Of a DNA stretch of 39,721 bases, positions 34,088 to 39,721 are shown piece by piece. The notes beneath the pieces were generated by a model. That model was not told where the DNA came from and did not search any database. It saw nothing but the letters and a program-made list of their open reading frames with translations. Each line of letters begins with the position of its first letter. Position 1 is the first letter of the stretch. The position numbers and the translations under genes were made by a program. Source of the stretch: an uncultured Anaerolineaceae bacterium (GTDB lineage: Bacteria; Chloroflexota; Anaerolineae; Anaerolineales; Villigracilaceae); assembly GCA_964585035.1 (NCBI GenBank), contig CAZPCR010000002.1:1-39721 (forward strand), written 5' to 3'.

Positions 34088-35577
34088 TCCAGGTCATGAA
34101 ATCTCTTCGAGCTTCAATATCAGGCTTTTTCCAAAGCATCCGTTTCAAGATAACCTTGTGGTTTGTATTGATACTCGCAATTGTCTTAACGGCATTTAGT
34201 GTTTTTATCCTATTTACACAATACCGCGATTATCAATTGGACGCGGTTGGTAATATGCAGGAAAAACTTACTAGGTTGCAGGCTTATTTCCGAAGTGCAG
34301 CGTGGCAAGATTCAAATCTCTCCCCCACGGATGTTCCTAAAAGCCAGGCTCCGCTTCAAACCGGTGACTTAATTATATTGACAGATTTAAATGGACAGGT
34401 TCTTCAAAACTGGGGCGCTGATCTTGCAGAGCCTGATAATATTGTTGGCTCACTTCTACCGGCTGCAGCTCAAAACCAGGATACTCGTGTTTACCAGCAA
34501 ACCATTCCTGTTATAAATAATAAAGATAAGATAAACACCGACTATCTATTTATTATTGTTCCCGTTGTACGCGGTGATGCAATGCTGGGGTTTCTTATTC
34601 TCGGCAGCCCATCTCCTTTGGCCGATCATCTTCGCCGCCTGGCGTTTTCTCTTCTATTGGGAAGTTTGGGAATGCTGGTGGTTGCTTTTCTTGGCGGTTT
34701 GTGGCTGGCAGATCGTGCCATGCGGCCCGTTAAAGCAATAACAAATGCAGCCCGAACGATCAGTGAAAGCGATTTGAATCAGAGATTGAATTTACGGGGC
34801 CATGATGAACTTGCCCATTTAGCGGCCACATTTGATGAAATGCTAAATCGGTTACAAACTGCGTTCGAGCGCCAAAGGCAGTTTCTTGCCGATGCCAGTC
34901 ACGAGCTCCGGACACCTTTGACTGTCGTGAATTTGGAAGTGGGCCGTGTGCTTACCGGTCATCGCACTTCCAGTGAATATCAACATGCATTGCAAACCGT
35001 AGATGCGGAAAGCTCTCGCATGACAAGACTGGTCAATGAATTAATGGCCCTGGCCCGGATGGATACAGGCCAGGCATTATTAAAGTTGGAAGATCTTGAT
35101 CTAAGTGATGTGACCGTTGAGGCGTTTGAGCGCATGTCCCCTTTGGCAGAAAGGCAAAACATCGTCCTCGAGTTGGGCGAGATGCCTGAACTGGCCATAC
35201 ATGGTGACCGTCATTACCTTATTCAAATGATTAGCAATTTGATCGAAAACGGTATTAAATATAGCGGATCGGGGCAAAAGGTGCGGATCGAGAATGGATT
35301 AGTCCACAACAATGATCATGATTTAGCTTCATTGCGAGTCTCAGACACAGGACCGGGAATTGCATCGGAGTTTTTACCTTACATCTTTGACCGCTTCTAT
35401 CGGATTGATTCAGCACGCTCAAGGGAAAATGACGAAGATTCGGACTCACCTACTGGCAGCGGACTTGGCCTTTCGATTGTTGCCTGGATCGTTCAGGTAC
35501 ACAGCGGCAAAATTCACGTAACCAGCACCATCGGCCAGGGCTCGACTTTTGAAGTGACATTACCGATAAAGCATTAA
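34084..35577 (+). CDS. Sensor histidine kinase (two TM helices, HAMP, HisKA, HATPase_c)
   Basis: H-box FLADASHELRTPLT, N-box ENGIKYS and G-boxes SDTGPGI / GSGLGLSIV. It has an ATGA start/stop overlap with the response regulator gene. Confidence 0.95.
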   Translation: MIQVMKSLRASISGFFQSIRFKITLWFVLILAIVLTAFSVFILFTQYRDYQLDAVGNMQEKLTRLQAYFRSAAWQDSNLSPTDVPKSQAPLQTGDLIILTDLNGQVLQNWGADLAEPDNIVGSLLPAAAQNQDTRVYQQTIPVINNKDKINTDYLFIIVPVVRGDAMLGFLILGSPSPLADHLRRLAFSLLLGSLGMLVVAFLGGLWLADRAMRPVKAITNAARTISESDLNQRLNLRGHDELAHLAATFDEMLNRLQTAFERQRQFLADASHELRTPLTVVNLEVGRVLTGHRTSSEYQHALQTVDAESSRMTRLVNELMALARMDTGQALLKLEDLDLSDVTVEAFERMSPLAERQNIVLELGEMPELAIHGDRHYLIQMISNLIENGIKYSGSGQKVRIENGLVHNNDHDLASLRVSDTGPGIASEFLPYIFDRFYRIDSARSRENDEDSDSPTGSGLGLSIVAWIVQVHSGKIHVTSTIGQGSTFEVTLPIKH

Positions 35578-35578
35578 C

Positions 35579-35606
35579 TTGACAATTAGAATAAATGTTC
35601 TATAAT
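35579..35606 (+). promoter_or_regulatory. Consensus sigma70 promoter with an embedded GAAT-N4-GTTC palindrome; leaderless radical-SAM mRNA predicted
   Basis: TTGACA (35579-35584), 16-nt spacer ATTAGAATAAATGTTC, TATAAT (35601-35606), then 7 nt (TTAGAGG) to the ATG at 35614. Confidence 0.7.
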
Positions 35607-35613
35607 TTAGAGG

Positions 35614-36780
35614 ATGAATGCATTTATCCGTTTACAGATGCTCACCCGCCAAATGGATCTGGAACCAGCCGAGGAATCTCGAGAAATACAGGCGACTGAA
35701 TCGCGGCCGGGTTGTTTCACACCTAAACAAAAAGATGCCATTTTTGTACACCCGGCGAAGCTTCCAAACGGTAAAAGTATTAAGTTACTCAAGACTCTAT
35801 TAACTTCCGCTTGCGAGCGGGATTGTTATTACTGCCCGTTTCGTGCTGGTCGCGATTTTCGTCGTGCAACTTTCAAGCCTGAAGAATTTGCCAAAGTCTT
35901 CCTTGAATTGAATCGGGTAGGCATTGCAGAAGGAGCTTTCCTAAGTTCAGGCATCGTCGGGGGCGGCTTGAGGACGCAGGATAAGCTAATCGATACAGCC
36001 GATATATTGCGACGTAAACTCGGATTCCGCGGTTATCTCCATTTGAAAATTATGCCAGGCGCAGAAAAAGCCCAGGTTGAACGTGTTATGCAACTGGCCG
36101 ACCGGGTATCTCTAAATCTTGAAGCTCCAAATACAAAACGGCTTGCGCGCCTTGCACCTCATAAACATTTCCTGGAAGAATTGCTCCGTCCATTAAAATG
36201 GGTGGAGGAGATCAGGCGAAGCCAACCTTCCAGTAAGGGTTGGAATGGCCGGTGGCCGTCAACAACTACTCAATTCGTCGTAGGCGGATCCGACGAGACC
36301 GATCTGGAGTTGCTTTCAACAACAGCCTGGTTGAATAAAAATGTTGGACTCAAGCGGGCATACTTCTCTGCTTTTCATCCCATTGTAGACACGCCATTTG
36401 AGAATAAAGCCCCTACAGACCCGATGCGTGAACATCGTCTGTATCAAGCATCCTTCCTTCTTAGGGATTATGGCTTTGATCTGGAAGAATTGCCTTTTAT
36501 TGATGATGGATTCCTGCCTCTCCATTCAGATCCAAAACTCGCATGGGCCCAAGGTAAATTGAAAGAACAACCGGTTGAAATCAATCACGCAGACCGGAAT
36601 GCCTTGCTTAGAATACCAGGGATTGGACCAAGGGGTGTGGATGCAATAATTCAAATACGGCGCATCAATAAACTCAATGATCTTTCATCTTTACGAAAGT
36701 TAGGTGTGATTGCAGAAAAAGCCGCCCCCTTTATCTTGCTCAACGGCAAACGTCCTGCTTATCAGTCTCAACTTTTCTAA
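35614..36780 (+). CDS. Putative DNA modification/repair radical SAM protein (TIGR03916-like) with a C-terminal helix-hairpin-helix
   Basis: CERDCYYC (CxxxCxxC), FLSSGI, YLHLKIMPG, REHRLYQASFLLRDYGF and LLRIPGIGPRGVDAIIQIRR. Confidence 0.85.
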   Translation: MNAFIRLQMLTRQMDLEPAEESREIQATESRPGCFTPKQKDAIFVHPAKLPNGKSIKLLKTLLTSACERDCYYCPFRAGRDFRRATFKPEEFAKVFLELNRVGIAEGAFLSSGIVGGGLRTQDKLIDTADILRRKLGFRGYLHLKIMPGAEKAQVERVMQLADRVSLNLEAPNTKRLARLAPHKHFLEELLRPLKWVEEIRRSQPSSKGWNGRWPSTTTQFVVGGSDETDLELLSTTAWLNKNVGLKRAYFSAFHPIVDTPFENKAPTDPMREHRLYQASFLLRDYGFDLEELPFIDDGFLPLHSDPKLAWAQGKLKEQPVEINHADRNALLRIPGIGPRGVDAIIQIRRINKLNDLSSLRKLGVIAEKAAPFILLNGKRPAYQSQLF

Positions 36781-36794
36781 ATGATTGTGTCGAA

Positions 36795-36841
36795 TTCACA
36801 AAAACAGGTGAATGAATAATTCATTCACCTGTTTTTGTGAA
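36795..36841. terminator. Bidirectional intrinsic terminator (22-bp perfect palindrome)
   Basis: TTCACAAAAACAGGTGAATGAA-TAA-TTCATTCACCTGTTTTTGTGAA. The inner stem CAGGTGAATGAA/TTCATTCACCTG is followed by TTTTTGTG on either strand. Confidence 0.8.
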
Positions 36842-36874
36842 CCTTAAAGTTTTAAAAACATATTACAGTAAACC

Positions 36875-36903
36875 TTGCAATTGATTATATATCGTTATAT
36901 AGT
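36875..36903 (+). promoter_or_regulatory. Sigma70-type promoter for the SET-domain gene
   Basis: TTGCAA (36875-36880), a 17-nt spacer, then TATAGT (36898-36903). Confidence 0.5.
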
Positions 36904-36950
36904 ATAAACACTTACAAGTCGCATTAAAGAAAGGATGATGAAATTTTCAA

Positions 36951-37478
36951 ATGGATACTACTGCATCTCTTGTTATTCGTACTCAAAATAAATATAAGAG
37001 CTTGGCTACAAAAGTTGCATATAAAAAAGGGGAGATCATTTGCCAGATACCAACCGAATCGCTTTATAACAAACCGAATACTTATACGGTTCAAATCGGA
37101 CGCGAGCAGCACGTGGAAGTAAAGGAATTGGCTTCGATGAATCATTCTTGCGAACCAAGTACTTTCCTCGACACGACTCGAATGCTCGTATTCGCTGCAC
37201 GCGACCTGGTTCCGGGCGATGAACTGACTTTCTTTTACCCCTCAACTGAATGGGAGATGAGTTCTCCCTTCATCTATTTGTGCGGTGCGTCAAGCTGCAT
37301 TCACGTGGTTGCTGGGGCGCGCTTCCTGCCTCTATCTACGCTCGAACACCATTACCTTAACCACCATATTCGTGAACTTATGATTGAATTGTTGAATAAT
37401 ACAGAGCAGCATCTTATGCAATTGGAGCGCGAGAGAAAGTTTGATGTAATTTCACAAAACAATCCACCCATTGCGTAA
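36951..37478 (+). CDS. SET-domain protein (putative protein-lysine methyltransferase)
   Basis: NHSCEPS, GDELTFFY and a post-SET-like LCGASSC. 175 aa. Confidence 0.75.
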   Translation: MDTTASLVIRTQNKYKSLATKVAYKKGEIICQIPTESLYNKPNTYTVQIGREQHVEVKELASMNHSCEPSTFLDTTRMLVFAARDLVPGDELTFFYPSTEWEMSSPFIYLCGASSCIHVVAGARFLPLSTLEHHYLNHHIRELMIELLNNTEQHLMQLERERKFDVISQNNPPIA

Positions 37479-38069
37479 ACCTTCTCGTACGGCTTGTGTC
37501 CGGTTGACGGCGTTCAATTTTAGATAGATTGATGAGACGTGAAATTTAACCGTATGCTCGCTGATCCCCAAAGCAAGTGCTATCTGTTTGTTTGCCAATC
37601 CTTTTGCAAGGTATGCCAGAACCTCAGTTTCTCGATCGGTTAATGGCCCGCGAGCCCTGGTAATATTATCCATTGAAGGAAACAATAATTCGCGCCTGCC
37701 GACGATCAAACCCTGAGATAGAGCTCGCACTGCAGCACACAGCTCGCCGGCAGATGCATCAGTTGACAGAATGCCCCACACCCGTGGAGATGCCATAATA
37801 GATTGAATCTTTGTGGCATCATCCTGTAATAATAAAATTGCGGACGATGAAAGCTCACCTTCCTCTACCGTTGGGTAAACTGCATACGAAGCCGACGTTG
37901 TGATCACCACGTCGGCTTCGTATTGCCCTTCTTGCAAAGAGTCGCTCCATTCGGATCGCTCATCTACGACTTTAATTTCATCATCAGACGAAAGCAAAGA
38001 ACGTAATCCTGCCCGTAAAGCAGGGGAAGGAACGACGAGCAGGACACGGATCAATCTATTTTCTCTCAC
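37452..38069 (-). CDS. LuxR/NarL-family transcriptional regulator with a degenerate (non-phosphorylatable) receiver domain
   Basis: The C-terminal HTH is LTDRETEVLAYLAKGLANKQIALALGISEHTVKFHVSSIYLKLN. The N-terminal receiver-like fold lacks the DD pair (LLVVPSP), the acceptor Asp (VVITTSA) and the Lys. The start is either GTG at 38069 or TTG at 38054. Confidence 0.8.
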   Translation of the reverse strand: MRENRLIRVLLVVPSPALRAGLRSLLSSDDEIKVVDERSEWSDSLQEGQYEADVVITTSASYAVYPTVEEGELSSSAILLLQDDATKIQSIMASPRVWGILSTDASAGELCAAVRALSQGLIVGRRELLFPSMDNITRARGPLTDRETEVLAYLAKGLANKQIALALGISEHTVKFHVSSIYLKLNAVNRTQAVREGLRNGWIVL

Positions 38070-38952
38070 CTACAGTGACTTTAATAACCTGGGATTTACC
38101 ACCCCGCAGGATTTCGACAGCGATCGACTTACCGACCGTCTCGCTGTTCAAAGCGGAATAAAGATCATCCGGGTCCCCGACCATCTGCTCACTTATTCTC
38201 ACCAGGATATCACCCACAAGTAAGCCACCTTGTTCGGCTGGACCCTTATCTTCCAACCATAAAACCAGCAAACCATGCTCCTGCTTATTTTTAAGTTCTT
38301 TCCGTGCTGACTCAGGTAAGTCAACGCTTTGTGTTCGTACACCAAGATACCCACGTTTTACTGTGCCGTGTTTTGCGAGTGAGTCTGCGGTACGCCATGC
38401 AGATTTTATAGGGATTGTCAACGCTGTACCGTGGGCAAGTCCGGAAGTATTTAGGCCTAATACCTCACCCTCAGTATTAACAAGTGGGCCGCCGGAAAAC
38501 CCGGGATACGACGTGGTCTCTGTTTGAATATAGGCATCCAATAAGCCGCCCCGTCCGGTTCGGGTAGGTCCGCCTAAGGCAGTAATGATACCCCAGGAGG
38601 CTTGAACACCGGAATTATCGGGTCGTCCAAGCGCGAGCACAAGTTGCCCCACTTTTGGCTCCTCTTTGGCAATACTGGCAGGTGTGAAAGCTTTTTCTGC
38701 CAGGCGCAAAAGCACCAGGTCTGAGCCAGGATCCCGGCCTGCGATTGTAGCAGGATATGATTTGCCGTCTGCACCAGCTGCGTTTAAGTTTTCCTCGCGA
38801 GTAACGACGTGATCTGCCGTTAGGATAAGATCAGATGCATACACGATACCGCTCGCAGGATAACGTCGGCGCGCATCTATAAGGACGGTACTTCCACCGC
38901 CTTTTTGAACAGCACTTGTCAAACCGTTTGAAAAATCTGTAAATGTGCTCAT
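38056..38952 (-). CDS. HtrA/DegP-like S1C serine protease with one PDZ domain and no signal peptide
   Basis: Catalytic triad contexts LTADHVV, SDLVLLRL and GFSGGPLVN. The C-terminal PDZ includes GYLGVRTQ...GDILVRI. Confidence 0.88.
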   Translation of the reverse strand: MSTFTDFSNGLTSAVQKGGGSTVLIDARRRYPASGIVYASDLILTADHVVTREENLNAAGADGKSYPATIAGRDPGSDLVLLRLAEKAFTPASIAKEEPKVGQLVLALGRPDNSGVQASWGIITALGGPTRTGRGGLLDAYIQTETTSYPGFSGGPLVNTEGEVLGLNTSGLAHGTALTIPIKSAWRTADSLAKHGTVKRGYLGVRTQSVDLPESARKELKNKQEHGLLVLWLEDKGPAEQGGLLVGDILVRISEQMVGDPDDLYSALNSETVGKSIAVEILRGGKSQVIKVTVGERK

Positions 38953-39086
38953 GGATACTCCTTATTAACTATAGCATGACTTTTGAAATAAACTTCTGGT
39001 TTATTCTTCCTTTAGTTTATTCGACTCTTCAATGATTTACATCAGGTAAAAGAATGGGAAATGACCCGCCTATTCAGCTAGTAATG

Positions 39087-39121
39087 AAAAACCCCGAAGC
39101 TTCTTAACTTCGGGGGTTTTT
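39087..39121 (-). terminator. Intrinsic (bidirectional) terminator after the 39121-39534 gene
   Basis: AAAAACCCCGAAG-CTTCTTAA-CTTCGGGGGTTTTT. An 8-bp GC-rich stem is flanked by A- and T-tracts. Confidence 0.8.
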
Positions 39122-39534
39122 CATTTTCCAATTAATTGATCATATGATCCAATCCAGGGTCTTCCTAATCGATGGTTCTCGCTGACCTGGATCTTATTGA
39201 ATTTTTGTGCAATTTGTGCAGAGAGGACGGCAACAGTTGCCCAGTCTTCTGCCAAAACTGCATTTCGCATCTTTACCGCTGTAGAACCGGTCCACATCCA
39301 TTCCATGCGGAATTTGTCTGCTTTAATCCAATAATCCCGTTTTTCCCAAGCCGTGACACTTACGTCAATTCCTTCGGAAATAGACTTTAAAGCAAGGGCA
39401 ATAAAAGCTGCAAGATCACGGGTTTCTGCACCAGTTCCAGTTTGTCGGGCTAGTTCACGGATGGAAAGAACAATGCCCTTTATGAGTTGAGTACGTAGTT
39501 TTCCCACAGAATCAGGATTAATAACACGGGACAT
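39121..39534 (-). CDS. Hypothetical cytoplasmic protein (137 aa)
   Basis: A clean ORF with its own terminator. I recognised no motif. Confidence 0.6.
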   Translation of the reverse strand: MSRVINPDSVGKLRTQLIKGIVLSIRELARQTGTGAETRDLAAFIALALKSISEGIDVSVTAWEKRDYWIKADKFRMEWMWTGSTAVKMRNAVLAEDWATVAVLSAQIAQKFNKIQVSENHRLGRPWIGSYDQLIGK

Positions 39535-39591
39535 AGGGCGGGATTATACCAAATCCCGTATATGTAAAAAGTTAACATCATTCCCCGTTTA

Positions 39592-39620
39592 TTGACGCCC
39601 TCCCTCCTGTGCTTTATAAT
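39592..39620 (+). promoter_or_regulatory. Sigma70-type promoter for tRNA-Leu
   Basis: TTGACG (39592-39597), a 17-nt spacer, then TATAAT (39615-39620). It ends 19 nt upstream of the tRNA 5' end. Confidence 0.65.
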
Positions 39621-39639
39621 TTCGCCGCATTCCAGGCCA

Positions 39640-39721
39640 GGGGACGTGCTGGAATTGGCAGACAGGCATGACTTAGGATCATGTGCCGCAAGGCGTGTGG
39701 GTTCAAGTCCCACCGTCCCCA
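39640..39721 (+). tRNA. tRNA-Leu (anticodon UAG), class II with a long variable arm. The window ends at the discriminator base.
   Basis: The cloverleaf folds by hand. Acceptor GGGGACG/CGTCCCC, D stem CTG/CAG with loop GAATTGGCAGA, and anticodon stem CATGA/TCATG with loop CTTAGGA. The variable arm is 13 nt and the T arm is GTGGG-TTCAAGT-CCCAC. Confidence 0.9.

Noticed and set aside
36935-36988. Mini-ORF (MKFSNGYYCISCYSYSK) overlapping the SET gene start, considered as a possible upstream ORF or Cys-rich peptide.
   Set aside because: Its ATG is only about 2 nt from the AAAGGA element, which is too close to serve as an SD. It is out of frame with, and overlapped by, the SET ORF. Nothing else supports it.
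39121-39534. The 137-aa hypothetical protein, considered as a candidate defence or TA component next to the tRNA.
   Set aside because: It is a single gene with its own terminator and no partner ORF, no recognisable nuclease, ATPase or toxin motif, and no flanking repeats. Nothing beyond 'unknown function' can be supported from the sequence.
29575-39721. Possible tRNA-Leu-associated genomic island delimited by the integrase and the tRNA.
   Set aside because: The integrase lies 9 kb from the tRNA and is transcribed away from it. I found no copy of the tRNA 3' end elsewhere in the window. The intervening genes (two-component system, ApbE operon, protease) do not look like island cargo. Any island using this tRNA would lie beyond the right window edge.

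Overview
This is a 39.7 kb chromosomal segment, gene-dense on both strands, with about 36 protein-coding genes and one tRNA-Leu(UAG) cut at the right edge. I saw no rRNA, CRISPR array or transposase. Gene content and protein style (P/T-rich linkers, fused domains) suggest a Chloroflexota/Anaerolineae-like or other Terrabacteria genome. That is a guess I cannot verify without a database search.

Layout:
- 1-7.0 kb: a visibly A/T-richer glycan-biosynthesis cluster (two GT2 enzymes, a methyltransferase, an epimerase, two large polytopic GT-C-like membrane proteins). It abuts mutS.
- 7-22 kb: mostly housekeeping. mutS, gpmA, a YdiJ-like FAD/Fe-S oxidase, two SpoU/TrmH methyltransferases, a MetV-MetF fusion, an FNT channel, a DUF4258/YgiT toxin-antitoxin pair, a hydrolase and a creatininase-family protein.
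- 22-26.4 kb: a heterodimeric ABC exporter pair.
- 26.4-30.6 kb: a membrane protein, a Tat-exported sulfatase-like enzyme, an NmrA-like protein and a lone tyrosine recombinase.
- 30.8-35.6 kb: an ApbE / di-haem ferric-reductase-like operon, divergent from an OmpR/HK two-component system.
- 35.6-39.7 kb: a radical-SAM DNA-repair gene, a SET-domain gene, an HtrA-like protease with an atypical LuxR regulator, a hypothetical gene and the tRNA.

Most interesting observations:
1. The integrase and the radical-SAM DNA-repair gene carry near-identical promoter cassettes: perfect TTGACA, a 16-nt spacer, perfect TATAAT, then 7 nt to the ATG. Each spacer holds a GAAT-N4-GTTC palindrome that resembles a LexA box. 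This suggests two leaderless, possibly SOS-controlled genes.
2. A strong-SD 28-codon leader ORF and an intrinsic terminator sit in the 5' leader of the ABC exporter pair, which looks like bmrB-bmrCD-type ribosome-mediated attenuation.
3. The ApbE/ferric-reductase operon has no recognisable FMN-binding substrate domain. It encodes two small low-complexity Q/P-rich exported proteins instead.
4. A signal-less HtrA-like protease is translationally coupled to a LuxR regulator whose receiver domain has lost all phospho-acceptor residues.

All functional calls rest on motif recognition by eye. No searches, folding or statistics were run.
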